Source: a bacterium
GTDB taxonomy: Bacteria > RBG-13-66-14 > B26-G2 > WVWN01
DNA: 64,000 nucleotides
Reading direction: 5' to 3'
NCBI GenBank assembly: GCA_035529855.1
Contig: DATKVX010000039.1
Location: 4,244-68,243 of the forward strand
Shown here: positions 1 to 9,317 of the stretch, in pieces
Numbering within the stretch: the first letter of the stretch is position 1
How the letters are laid out: each line of letters starts with the position of its first letter
The notes under the pieces: model-generated
Told to the model about the DNA's origin: nothing
What the model saw: the letters and a program-made list of their open reading frames with translations, nothing else
Database searches by the model: none
Made by a program: the position numbers and the translations under genes

Positions 1-778
1 TGTCGCGGATGGCCAACAGCGCGCGCCCGGGCCGCGACCGCCGCAAGCGGTATACGACGTACACCGCCAGCGCCAGCAAAATTAAGACCAGGAAGTAGTA
101 GCGCATGTAGCCGCCGCGAGCGGCGTCGAAGCCGAACGAGAACGCGCCTATCGTAGGGGCCTCGATGCCGCGCAGGCCCATCGGGCCGTTGGTCAGGCCG
201 ACCCAGTTGGTAAACGTCAGGCGCACGATCTCGCCGAAGCCCAGCGTCACGATGGCGAGGTAGTCGCCGGAGAGGCGTAGCGCCGGCAGGCCGCGGAGGA
301 CGCCCAGCAGCGCTCCGGCCGCCGTCGCCACCGGCAGCGCGGCCCAGAACGACCAGCCGCACTTGAGCATCAGTAGCGCCGCGGTGTACGCGCCGATGCC
401 GTAGAACGCGATGAAGCCGAGGTCGAGGACGCCGGCGAAGCCGACGATGATGTTGAGGCCCAGCGCCAGGATGGCGTAGACGCCCATGGTAACCGTGACG
501 CGGAGCCAGTATTGGTCGCGGACGACGAACGGCACGATCGCGAGCGCCACGACGAAGAACGCGATAAGCAGAACCTTCGTCCGCGCGAAGAGCAGCGAGC
601 CGACGGCGATGGCCGCCGCGACGGCGACGAGGCCGACGGGCAGGTTGAGGACCGTCAGGCCCAGCGCCACGGCCGCGCCGATCGCGAGGAATATGGCCGC
701 CGCCCGCGCCGGGTACTGCAACAGCGCGCCCACGTTGCGCTCGAAGCGCTCCAGGTCGGATGTGACTATCCCGTGCAA
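1..778 (-). CDS. livM: Branched-chain amino acid ABC transporter permease LivM, partial: the C-terminus runs off the window start. Probable TTG start at 776-778.
   Basis: The reverse-strand translation reads ...QYWLRVTVTMGVYAILALGLNIIVGFAGVLDLGFIAFYGIGAYTAALL..., a typical LivM permease core. It is polytopic. An AGGAA motif lies upstream of the TTG. Confidence 0.8.
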   Translation of the reverse strand, partial: MHGIVTSDLERFERNVGALLQYPARAAAIFLAIGAAVALGLTVLNLPVGLVAVAAAIAVGSLLFARTKVLLIAFFVVALAIVPFVVRDQYWLRVTVTMGVYAILALGLNIIVGFAGVLDLGFIAFYGIGAYTAALLMLKCGWSFWAALPVATAAGALLGVLRGLPALRLSGDYLAIVTLGFGEIVRLTFTNWVGLTNGPMGLRGIEAPTIGAFSFGFDAARGGYMRYYFLVLILLALAVYVVYRLRRSRPGRALLAIRD

Positions 779-835
779 TTTAATTCACGCCGGTTCCTAA
801 TTTTTGCGAAACCGTACGTTTGAGCGGTTAGCTGT

Positions 836-1851
836 TTAATCGTTGCTTAAATAAACGAACCCCTCAGAATTATTACGTAGCCGGCAATTATACCAACTAT
901 AATCACCATAAGGATCGTTTGCTTTAGACAACAAATCGTTTCCGTCGTCATAATAGATATATATCCTTTCACTCATCGGTACGGTAGCTAAAATATCATA
1001 ACTATTCCCCGGCCCAGCGCGGACGATTAAACCAGCGTCGTCATTTACAGTAATAAAATCGCCGCTACCACTAAAAAAATCGTAAGGACTAAAATAGAGT
1101 TCAATTCTTTCAGTTCCTGCGAACCCTATATCGTCTCCCGAAACATCCTCCCAAAACCAACGGCAACCGTCGTCCGTAAAAACGAAATCGTAAGGCCTTA
1201 CCATAGCGAGTTCAGAGATGTCCCCACCTTTACAAACCAAATAAACCCTTATCGAGTCAACCACTCCCGCCCAATACTTCACAGGCGACAAATCGTAACA
1301 AAGCCCTATTAGCGATTTAATATGCGATCGTTCCGTTCTCTCGAACGATTTCTCGAGCGTATACGAATACTCGATAACCACCGTATACTGCCCAACGTCA
1401 TCGAACCCCAAACGAAATATCGCAATTACCGGTACCGCTTCGTCCTTCTCTTCCGTAACGAAATCGATATCGCCCTTTTTTAACTCAGTTCCCCCAACTA
1501 ACACCCGAAATTTATCAAAAGCGTAAGGAGCTCGGCCGCCTATTTCGGGCCGCCCGATTTTAACCCCGGTATCGGGTATGTAAGATACTAGTAAGTCCTG
1601 ACGGGGTTTTAACGATTCGAAAAAATATTTGGACCGTACGGATACCCGATCCGGATACTCCAAAGTTATAGTTAACTCGTTACTCCGTAAAGCCACCGTA
1701 TCTATATCCGCATATTCGTACCCGTATGTCTTCCATTCCCCAGTAACGCCTAAATCGGAAGTATAGGTCCAATCGCCGAACGGCCCGATATTCGCTAAAC
1801 TTACCCCCGGTAATAAAATTAGGGCACTTAAGTATCTTAGTGTCTGAACCA
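836..1851 (-). CDS. Hypothetical secreted protein, about 338 aa from a GTG start. The gene is AT-rich and sits between livH and livM.
   Basis: GGGGAA lies upstream of the GTG. The N-terminus MVQTLRYLSALILLPGVSLA looks like a signal peptide. The protein is Tyr/Asp-rich and beta-like (YGYEYADIDT, YIYYDDGND) and matched no family I could recognise. GC is visibly much lower than in both flanks. Confidence 0.6.
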
Positions 1852-1863
1852 CCGATTCCCCTT

Positions 1864-2766
1864 TTACGTCCTCCGCGGGATCTGCTTGCCCAATATTCCC
1901 GAGGGGCGGTATATCAATACTATTATTAAAATCGCGAAGGCGATGGCGTCCATCCACAGCGACGAGATGTACGCGCCGGCGAAACCCTCCGCCAACCCCA
2001 GGACGAGGCCCCCCACGAACGCCCCCGGCATGTTCCCGATGCCGCCCAGCACCGCCGCCGTGAACGCCTTCAGGCCGGCCATATACCCCATCATCGGCCA
2101 CACCTGGTTGTAGTTCATGCCGACGAGGATGCCGGCGACCGCGGCCATCGCCGAGCCGATGGCGAACGTGGCGGATATGGTCCGGTCGACGTTGACGCCC
2201 ATAAGCTTCGCGGCCACCTGGTCCTGGGCGCAGGCCCGCATCGCCCGCCCCAACTTCGTCTTGCCGATTATCAACGTCAGGAAAACCATCATCGCCGCGG
2301 CGGTCCCCAATATCGTTAGCTGCATGTTGGAGAACGTGGCCTCGCCCAGAACCGGGACGATGAGCTGGTGCTTTACCTGGAAGAACGCGAGCGGCCTCTC
2401 GGCGTCGAGGAACGGTTGGCGGCGCGCGCCCCAGACCTTCATCGCCAGGTTCTGGAAGAAGAGCGACGCGCCGATGGCGGATATGAGCGCCACCAGCCGG
2501 GGGCTCCGGCGCAGCGGCCTGTACGCGATGTATTCCAACGTGACGCCCATTATCATCGCCGCCACGATGGCCGCCGGCGCCGCGAGCCAAATCGGATACC
2601 CCGCGAGCCTGAAAAGCGTCATCGCGACGAACGTCGCCATCATGTAAATTTCGCCGTGGGCGAAGTTGATAAGCTCCACGATGCCGTAGACCATCGTGTA
2701 GCCGACGGCGATGAGCGCGTACACCGCGCCTATCGTCAAACCGTTGATGAGCTGTTGGAGGAACAT
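1864..2766 (-). CDS. livH: Branched-chain amino acid ABC transporter permease LivH.
   Basis: The translation MFLQQLINGLTIGAVYALIAVGYTMVYGIVELINFAHGE... is a canonical LivH N-terminus. The ATG at 2764-2766 lies inside a longer ORF with a spurious upstream extension. Confidence 0.85.
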   Translation of the reverse strand: MFLQQLINGLTIGAVYALIAVGYTMVYGIVELINFAHGEIYMMATFVAMTLFRLAGYPIWLAAPAAIVAAMIMGVTLEYIAYRPLRRSPRLVALISAIGASLFFQNLAMKVWGARRQPFLDAERPLAFFQVKHQLIVPVLGEATFSNMQLTILGTAAAMMVFLTLIIGKTKLGRAMRACAQDQVAAKLMGVNVDRTISATFAIGSAMAAVAGILVGMNYNQVWPMMGYMAGLKAFTAAVLGGIGNMPGAFVGGLVLGLAEGFAGAYISSLWMDAIAFAILIIVLIYRPSGILGKQIPRRT

Positions 2767-2836
2767 CGCTAAGCGGTCGAAACCGTACGCGAATAATATC
2801 CCGAAGACGCCCGGCCCGCAAGGCCCGAACGGCGCC

Positions 2837-3010
2837 CTTAACCTATCCCGGCCAGCTTCGCGATTATAATAATCGCGACCGCGAGCGGCGTGATCGTCCG
2901 GCACATCCAGAGCCAGATTTTACCCGTCGGGAAGCCGTGGTAGGAGCCCTCCGCCGCGGCCTGTATCGCCTTCGGGCCCCAACCCCACCCCACGAAGAGC
3001 GCTATCAACA
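2837..3010 (-). CDS. Possible small membrane protein of about 55-60 aa, absent from the ORF track. The start is uncertain (TTG or GTG).
   Basis: A reverse-strand frame reads ...GTVFFLPLGGLLIALFVGWGWGPKAIQAAAEGSYHGFPTGKIWLWMCRTITPLAVAIIIIAKLAGIG* with two hydrophobic helices. It lies between the GT-C gene and livH and has no ATG. Confidence 0.3.
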
Positions 3011-3169
3011 GGCCCCCGAGCGGCAGGAAGAAGACCGTCCCCGATATCGACTTGTAGCGGAGCCCGTCGCCGCCCGGATGAAACCGAACCTCGAGCCCCA
3101 GCGTTCCCGCAAGCGCTTCGGTACTACCTTCGCCATGAGACGCTTTCTCCGTCCAGCCTTATATAATAA

Positions 3170-4750
3170 TTATCTTTTCGGAACCAACCGCCAGAAATTA
3201 CTCGGTTCGTAGCGCGGGCCCTCGTACGCGGCGACGAACTCGCGTTCGTACGACGCCAAGAGCTTCTCGGCCTCGGCGCCGGTTACGCCGTACTCCTCGC
3301 GCGCGCCGGGGGCGAGCAAGTCCGTGGAAGACGTCGCCGGCCGGGCGTCGCTGACGTAAACGGCGCGGCCCGCGGCTAATTTATCGTCTATCCGCCTCTT
3401 GAAGTCGTCCGGGTCCCGGACGCCGAAATATATGCCGGCGGTCTCGACGCCCGCGAAGTAGTCGGAATATATCCCCGGCCCGAGGCCGTCCAAACCCGAG
3501 AAGATTACCAGGTCGTCCGGGGCCGTCACGTCATCCACGAACCTCGCGAACGATAAATGCTCGTTGTACTCGGCCTTGGACTCGGGGTATATCGAACCCC
3601 AGAAGTTCCCCGCGAACAGCAGGACCGGCAGCGCGTACAGCACTACCCGGCCTAAGCGCTTCGTCGCCGCGGCGCCGGCACTCGCGTATAAAAAGAATAT
3701 AACGGCGAAGGCTTGCGGCGTCCACCGGTCCGTGCCGCCGGCGTCGCGAAACGTGAAGAAGACGGCGTACGGCAAAAAGAACGCCAACGCCAGCCACGCC
3801 TGCCGGCGCGACGCCCCTCGAGCGGAGAAGCGCGACACGGCCCCCACGAACGCCGCGAGCAACGCCGCCGCGCCCAAAATAATCAAGGCCGCCACCGCGT
3901 ACGACTGCCAGGCCCAATCGCCGGCCAGCACGTCTTTTATCCAACGCAGGCCGAAGACGTTTCGCGCCAACGCGTAAAGGTCGAGCGCGACGTTCACCAG
4001 GCGATAGGTCATGTAGTAATGCGTCCGGCCCGGCGTGCCGAAAGCCCAGCGCCAAAGTTCGCCCGGGCCGCGGTAACCCAAAACGCCGAAGCCTACGACG
4101 ACGTATGCGACGACCCCCGGCGATAAATACGTCAAAACCAAAGCCGGCAAACGCCGCAAATATTTGTCCGGCCTCGAGATGAAGTAGGCCGCGATTAAGA
4201 ACAGAAAGAGCAGGCCGTTAGTTATATGGGTTAAAACGGCGGCGCCGGCGACCGCCGCGCACAACGCCCAGCGGCGGAAATCGCGCGCTTCCGACGCCCA
4301 TTGCGCCGAAAGGAAGGTCGCCATCGCGGCGACGGTACTGACGATTACGCACTCCGCGTTGCACGAGTACGCCCAATACCCGTACGAAAACGCGAGCGCG
4401 AAACTCCCCGCCAAAGACATAGGCCGCGGCGCGCCGGCCTTCCTCAATACCATATAACATAAAACGAAACCGACGCCCCCCACCAAAGCGTCCAGAATTT
4501 GCATAGCGCCGAGCAGCCGGCCGCCGTAACCGAACAACCGCAAGGCCGCTTGGAACGCCAACGCCAAGGGATTATACGAGAGGTGATGCTGGTGCCATAC
4601 GGCGGGGGCCCCGAATTCCGCAATCGCCAATTCCCACCGCATGCCGTCCGGGAAATAATAGGCGGACCGGAATACAAGGTAAATCGCCGCCACGGCTAAG
4701 GCCGCGGCGGCCGCCGTTACACCCCAAAGATATTGCCGCCGCTCGCGCAA
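3170..4750 (-). CDS. GT-C superfamily polyprenyl-phosphate-sugar-dependent glycosyltransferase (ArnT/PMT-like), paralog 1. Putative TTG start.
   Basis: The N-terminal half has more than 10 predicted TM helices and the C-terminal half is soluble. The architecture matches paralogs at 9318, 15021 and 25539. The gene sits inside the liv operon between livK and livH. Confidence 0.6.
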   Translation of the reverse strand: MRERRQYLWGVTAAAAALAVAAIYLVFRSAYYFPDGMRWELAIAEFGAPAVWHQHHLSYNPLALAFQAALRLFGYGGRLLGAMQILDALVGGVGFVLCYMVLRKAGAPRPMSLAGSFALAFSYGYWAYSCNAECVIVSTVAAMATFLSAQWASEARDFRRWALCAAVAGAAVLTHITNGLLFLFLIAAYFISRPDKYLRRLPALVLTYLSPGVVAYVVVGFGVLGYRGPGELWRWAFGTPGRTHYYMTYRLVNVALDLYALARNVFGLRWIKDVLAGDWAWQSYAVAALIILGAAALLAAFVGAVSRFSARGASRRQAWLALAFFLPYAVFFTFRDAGGTDRWTPQAFAVIFFLYASAGAAATKRLGRVVLYALPVLLFAGNFWGSIYPESKAEYNEHLSFARFVDDVTAPDDLVIFSGLDGLGPGIYSDYFAGVETAGIYFGVRDPDDFKRRIDDKLAAGRAVYVSDARPATSSTDLLAPGAREEYGVTGAEAEKLLASYEREFVAAYEGPRYEPSNFWRLVPKR

Positions 4751-4789
4751 GACAGACGTCCCGGGCGCGGCGCGACCGAGCGCGGCGCC

Positions 4790-5998
4790 CTAACTCCCTT
4801 CAGGCGGGCTCGGCTCCGCGGGCGCCGACGCTTTCAAAGCTTCCTTGGCCCGCTCGAGGTCCTCGGCCTGTTTTCGGAAGGGGACGAATTCGCCGTCCTT
4901 CACGACCGCGACGACGAGCGGCTTCATACAATCGCCGTCTTCGTTGAAGTACGTAAGGCCCGCCACGCCTTTGTAACCCTTCTCCGCCGAATCCATCGCC
5001 GCCACGTAGTCGCGAATAGCCTTGCGGTCCGGCCCCGCCTTCTCGATGGCCTCCGCCGCTATCCCCAACGCGTCGTACGTCAGCGCCGCCCACGCGTCGG
5101 GCTCGATACCGTAGCGCTGCTTAAAAGACGTGACGAAGTTCCGCGTCTTCTCTTCCCCCACGGTGGGCAAGAACGGGCAGGTAACGATGACGCCCTCCGA
5201 GGCCTTGCCGGCGTTCGTCACCAGGTCCGCCGAGAGTAGGCCGTCGCCGCCGATGAACGGCGTCTCCATGCCGAGGTTGCGGGCCTGGGTGAGTATCATC
5301 GCCGCGTTGGCGTACAGGCCGGAGACGAAGATGATGTCCGGGTTCTTCGCCATAATTTGCGTAAGCTGCGGCGTGTACTCCTGGGTGTCGCGGACGTAGG
5401 CTTCCTCGCGCACTATCTCCAGGCCGATTTCTTCGGCGCGAGCCGCGAAGGCGTCCCTGAGTCCCCGCCCGTAATCGTCGTTGTCGAAGAAGACGGCGAC
5501 GCGGTTATACCCCAGGACGTATTTAATATATTCGGCGATAAACCGGCCTTGGAAATCGTCGCGGTAGACGTTCCGAAAGGTCCAGTCGCCGCCGGCGCAC
5601 ACCGTAACGTTGGTCGAGCCGGGCGAAAGCTGGAGCACGCCCATCGAGTTATACACTTCTTTGCCCGCGAGCGAACAACTGGAGTTGAAGTGGCCGAGTA
5701 CGGCCAAAACGTTCGGGTTAGAACCCAATTTCTGCGCCGTGTTCGCCGCCTCTTTCGGGTCGCCCTTATCGTCCTGGAACTCGAGCTCGAGGGGGATGCC
5801 GTTGATGCCCCCGGCTTCGTTTATCTCGTCGGCCCGCATCTCGGCCGCCATCCGCAACATTTCGCCGTACTGGGCGCCGTCGCCCGTAAACGGGCCGGTC
5901 ACGCCCACCAGGTAGGTCTTTTCGGCCTTCCTGCCGCAACCGCCGAATACGACTAAAATGAGCGCTGCAACGACGGCAGCCTTGAAAACCCTGCTCAT
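4790..5998 (-). CDS. livK: Branched-chain amino acid ABC transporter substrate-binding lipoprotein (LivK/LivJ family).
   Basis: The signal/lipobox is MSRVFKAAVVAALILVVFGGCG. The body reads YLVGVTGPFTGDGAQYGEM...NVLAVLGHFNSS..., a type-I periplasmic binding fold. The strong RBS GGAGGAGGAA precedes the ATG at 5996-5998. Confidence 0.85.
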   Translation of the reverse strand: MSRVFKAAVVAALILVVFGGCGRKAEKTYLVGVTGPFTGDGAQYGEMLRMAAEMRADEINEAGGINGIPLELEFQDDKGDPKEAANTAQKLGSNPNVLAVLGHFNSSCSLAGKEVYNSMGVLQLSPGSTNVTVCAGGDWTFRNVYRDDFQGRFIAEYIKYVLGYNRVAVFFDNDDYGRGLRDAFAARAEEIGLEIVREEAYVRDTQEYTPQLTQIMAKNPDIIFVSGLYANAAMILTQARNLGMETPFIGGDGLLSADLVTNAGKASEGVIVTCPFLPTVGEEKTRNFVTSFKQRYGIEPDAWAALTYDALGIAAEAIEKAGPDRKAIRDYVAAMDSAEKGYKGVAGLTYFNEDGDCMKPLVVAVVKDGEFVPFRKQAEDLERAKEALKASAPAEPSPPEGS

Positions 5999-6056
5999 TT
6001 TCCTCCTCCTACGCCCAAGCCCGGGGCGCGGCGCGGCCCAAACGAAACCGCTCAAC

Positions 6057-7748
6057 CTACCGGTTAATCCACCGCCCGGAGGCGTCGGCCTCTTCGGCGA
6101 GCCGCGAACTTATTCGCGCCATGTTATCCACGGCGTCGCGCACCGCCTTAACCTGGCCCAAGGCTTCGGCCGCGGCCTCGTTTATATTCTCGACCGCGGT
6201 AGTGACTTGCTCCAGACCCAAACTCTGTTGTCGCGCCGACGCCGCGATTTGTTTAGACGTCCGGCCCATCTCGTCGACTAACGGGACGATTTCCTCGATC
6301 AAACTCTTCGTCTTCGCGGCGCCCTCGCGTAAGATACTCGACTGCTCGGCGCTCCCCCGCGCCGACGCCACCGTCTTCACCGTCCCGTCCCTTATGTCGT
6401 GCAGGACTTTTCGTATTTCCTCGGTGCCCTCTTTCGACGACCCGGCTAAGTTCTTCACCTCCCGCGCCACCGCGGCGAAACCTCGGCCGAACTCGCCCGC
6501 TTTCGCCGCCTCGATGGAGGCGTTCAACGCCAAGACCGTCGACTGTTCCGCGAGGTCGTTGACCAGAGCCACGATGTCGTCCATCCGGCGCGCGCTCTCG
6601 TTTAAGGTCACCGCGAGTTTGGCGGTGGTATGGGCCTCCTCGGCCAACGCCCCTATTCTCTCCGTGTTCCCCGATATCTGGTCCCGGGCGGTCTTTATCA
6701 ATCCCGCCGACGAGTCGACGCGCCCCGATATTTCCTCCGCCCGCGCCGCGGTCTGCTTAACCGTCCCCGCCAGCTCCTTCATCGTAACCGAAGTCTGGGA
6801 AATAGCCGAGGCCTGCTCCGCCGCTATGCTCGCTTGTTCCGTCAAACTCTCGCGGGCGCGGCCGGCCCCGCCGGCGAGTTCTTCCGCTGCGCGCCGTGTT
6901 TTTTCGTCAAACGCGCGGGCATCGTCGAAGAACCGTCGGTACGCGGCCGTCAACTCCTCGACCTCGCCGCCTACGTAATACGTAATCGGCGCCGCCGTAG
7001 CGGTATTCCTGAGCGGCACCGTTACGTGACCGGAAGCGACGTACGCCGCCGCCGCGGATACGGCTACCAACACCGCCGCCGCCGCCCACCGGCCCAAACC
7101 CCACGCGGCCCCGCCGCCCAAACCGGGGCCGACGGCCGCTAACGCGATTAAAGCCGCCGCGCCCGCGCCACCCGCGATAAGGTACCGAACACCGAGCGAT
7201 ACACCCCGCCGCGGCGCGAACCTAATCCTCTTCGCCGTTAGGAACGCGAAAATCGGCGCCAAATAACGCTCCGCGGCCGCGTACGAAACGAGGCCGTACA
7301 TAAGGGCGGCCCCGACGCCGATACACCAAATCGCCGCTACCCCGGCGTAACCGGCGGGCCCTGCTGCCGCGGCTCCGCAAATGACGTACGCCACGACGCC
7401 GCTCACGAAAGCGACGAGGGCCGCTAAAAACGGGAACGCCCTGATCCGCTTGGCGGCCGGCGGTTCGAAATCATTTTGGGTAGCGGCCGGCGTCAAGAAC
7501 GAAACCGCCCGCGCCAGCGACGCCGCCATAGCCGCAACGACGACGACCGACGCCAGGCCCAACGGCGCGACTACGTACAGATGGGCGTATACCAGGCGGC
7601 GTTGCGCCGCGGCTTCGAGGCCGGCGGTCAGGAATAAGGCCGCCGCCGCCGGCAATACGTAAAAAGCGACGAACAATAACGCTTGCGTAAACGCCACTCG
7701 GGGGACGTCGACGCCGGTTTCGTCTCGCGCAGCCACGTTAGCTACCAC
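6057..7748 (-). CDS. Methyl-accepting chemotaxis protein with a multi-TM N-terminal domain. GTG start.
   Basis: The C-terminus carries the MCP signalling signature ...LALNASIEAAKAGEFGRGFAAVAREVKNLA... The N-terminal 250 aa or so are polytopic. Confidence 0.8.
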   Translation of the reverse strand: MVANVAARDETGVDVPRVAFTQALLFVAFYVLPAAAALFLTAGLEAAAQRRLVYAHLYVVAPLGLASVVVVAAMAASLARAVSFLTPAATQNDFEPPAAKRIRAFPFLAALVAFVSGVVAYVICGAAAAGPAGYAGVAAIWCIGVGAALMYGLVSYAAAERYLAPIFAFLTAKRIRFAPRRGVSLGVRYLIAGGAGAAALIALAAVGPGLGGGAAWGLGRWAAAAVLVAVSAAAAYVASGHVTVPLRNTATAAPITYYVGGEVEELTAAYRRFFDDARAFDEKTRRAAEELAGGAGRARESLTEQASIAAEQASAISQTSVTMKELAGTVKQTAARAEEISGRVDSSAGLIKTARDQISGNTERIGALAEEAHTTAKLAVTLNESARRMDDIVALVNDLAEQSTVLALNASIEAAKAGEFGRGFAAVAREVKNLAGSSKEGTEEIRKVLHDIRDGTVKTVASARGSAEQSSILREGAAKTKSLIEEIVPLVDEMGRTSKQIAASARQQSLGLEQVTTAVENINEAAAEALGQVKAVRDAVDNMARISSRLAEEADASGRWINR

Positions 7749-7772
7749 CTCGGGCTTTTACTCCGGACGTAT

Positions 7773-8612
7773 CTATTCGGCCGTAACCTCCTCGGCCTCG
7801 AGCCATTCCGCCGGCAACGCGTAACCTTCCCGGACGAGTTTCATCGTCGTCGCGACGTGTTCTCCCAAATCGCGCTGCTTGCCGCCGATTATAAAAGACC
7901 TCTCCCGCGTGCCGGCGACATCGAGACGGGCGTACGCCGGCAGGCCGTCGGGAGCCGGGACGGCCGCACCCGCGCCCTCGTACGAAGACCGCCCCGTCAT
8001 GGTGCTGAACTTCGTATCCTGGCTGAGTTTTTGGTTAAATACGACCGAAAATTCGACTTGTGCGCCCTCTTCCCCCTCGAAAGCGGGCAACGGCTGCGCC
8101 TCGGCCGCTTCCATAGATACGACGCTCGTACCGTAGGAACGCGCCACCGCCGCCCGGGCGCCGTCGCGCCACAAGTCGGCCTTCGGGCCGCCGGGCGGAA
8201 AGAGCATCAACGCCAATAAGTTATAACTGATTTCCTCGCTGTCCTTGACGAACGCCGGCGCGCGCTTCACGCCGCCCTCGGCCAACGTCCAGGGCGCGAA
8301 CTCGAGCCACCGCCCGGGTAAAAACCCGGCCACCTTCTCGACGTCCGGTATCACCGCGTCGCCCGCGAGCGTTTGTTGGTTCGCGGTCACGAACGTCAAC
8401 CGGTACACGCCGCCGTCGAGCTCCTCCAGCGAGAAGGTCGCCGACGTCTCGGTGCGGCTGAGCGACGGTATGCCGAACGCGTTCGCTACTTCCGCGGACG
8501 CGCCGTCGATCTCGTGCGTCGCGACGACGCTAACGGCGTAATTAACCGGCACCGCGGAAGCCGCTGCGGCCGCCGCCACCACCGCCGCCGCCAAATAATA
8601 GGCCCTATACAT
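7773..8612 (-). CDS. Hypothetical secreted protein.
   Basis: The signal peptide is MYRAYYLAAAVVAAAAAASAVPV. I recognised no family. Confidence 0.5.
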   Translation of the reverse strand: MYRAYYLAAAVVAAAAAASAVPVNYAVSVVATHEIDGASAEVANAFGIPSLSRTETSATFSLEELDGGVYRLTFVTANQQTLAGDAVIPDVEKVAGFLPGRWLEFAPWTLAEGGVKRAPAFVKDSEEISYNLLALMLFPPGGPKADLWRDGARAAVARSYGTSVVSMEAAEAQPLPAFEGEEGAQVEFSVVFNQKLSQDTKFSTMTGRSSYEGAGAAVPAPDGLPAYARLDVAGTRERSFIIGGKQRDLGEHVATTMKLVREGYALPAEWLEAEEVTAE

Positions 8613-8694
8613 ATTCTACCCTAATGCCGTTAATACTTGGACTTTTGTAACATCTTTAACGTCCTTTATCAACCATTTTCGGCCGCGGCCGGCG

Positions 8695-8723
8695 TTGACA
8701 CCGCGGCCTTCGTGTGTTAATTT
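8695..8723 (+). promoter_or_regulatory. Sigma70-like promoter: TTGACA, a 17-bp spacer, then TAATTT. It sits upstream of the gamma-CA gene.
   Basis: ttgaca(8695-8700)-ccgcggccttcgtgtgt-taattt(8718-8723). RBS GAGGAG precedes the ATG at 8751. Confidence 0.5.
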
Positions 8724-8750
8724 GCTCGTCGAAGCACACGAGGAGAATAT

Positions 8751-9272
8751 ATGATCGAGGGTTATTTGGAATACGAACCCCGGCTGGGCCGGGATGTCTA
8801 CGTCGCGCCCACGGCGCTGGTGCTGGGGCGCGTTACGCTGGGCGAACGCGCTTCCGTTTGGCCGGGCGCGGTCCTGCGCGGCGACATCAACGAGATAATC
8901 GTCGGCGAGTACACCAACATCCAGGACCTGTGTGTGGGCCACCTGGAGGACGACTTGCCGCTCGTCGTGGGCGCGTACGTGACGGTAGGCCACGGCGCCA
9001 TACTGCACGCCTGCGAGGTGGGCGATAATTGCTTAATCGGCATGGGCGCCATCGTGCTGAACGGCGCCAGGGTGGGCGACGGCGCCATCGTAGGCGCGGG
9101 CTCGCTGGTGCCGCCGGGCAAAGAGGTCGCGGCCGGCGTCCTCGCCCTCGGCTCGCCCGCCAAAGTGGTGAGGAAGCTCTCGGACGACGAAATAGGCCAC
9201 AACCGCTACTGGGCCGAAAAGTACGCCAAGCTCGCCGCGACCTTCTTGCGGGACCGGAAGGACAACGCGTAG
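8751..9272 (+). CDS. Gamma-class carbonic anhydrase / hexapeptide-repeat protein (YrdA/PaaY/CaiE family).
   Basis: RLGRDVYVAPTALVLGRVTLGERASVWPGAVLRGD...VGHGAILHAC... shows left-handed beta-helix hexapeptide repeats with His ligands. Confidence 0.8.
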   Translation: MIEGYLEYEPRLGRDVYVAPTALVLGRVTLGERASVWPGAVLRGDINEIIVGEYTNIQDLCVGHLEDDLPLVVGAYVTVGHGAILHACEVGDNCLIGMGAIVLNGARVGDGAIVGAGSLVPPGKEVAAGVLALGSPAKVVRKLSDDEIGHNRYWAEKYAKLAATFLRDRKDNA

Positions 9273-9317
9273 CCGCCGGCCGGCCGGCGGCCCTGCCGCC
9301 CGCGCCGGGAGGTTTTA

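Noticed and set aside
486-823. Two overlapping plus-strand ORFs (104 and 103 aa), Arg-rich.
   Set aside because: They lie antisense or out of frame to the LivM coding sequence. The Arg/Gly/Pro-rich composition is typical of spurious frames in GC-rich DNA.
836-2821. A 661-aa minus-strand ORF spanning both the AT-rich gene and livH.
   Set aside because: It is a chimera. The real secreted-protein frame runs from 836 to 1851. Upstream of that, the ORF continues as an Arg-rich alternate frame of livH with no stop.
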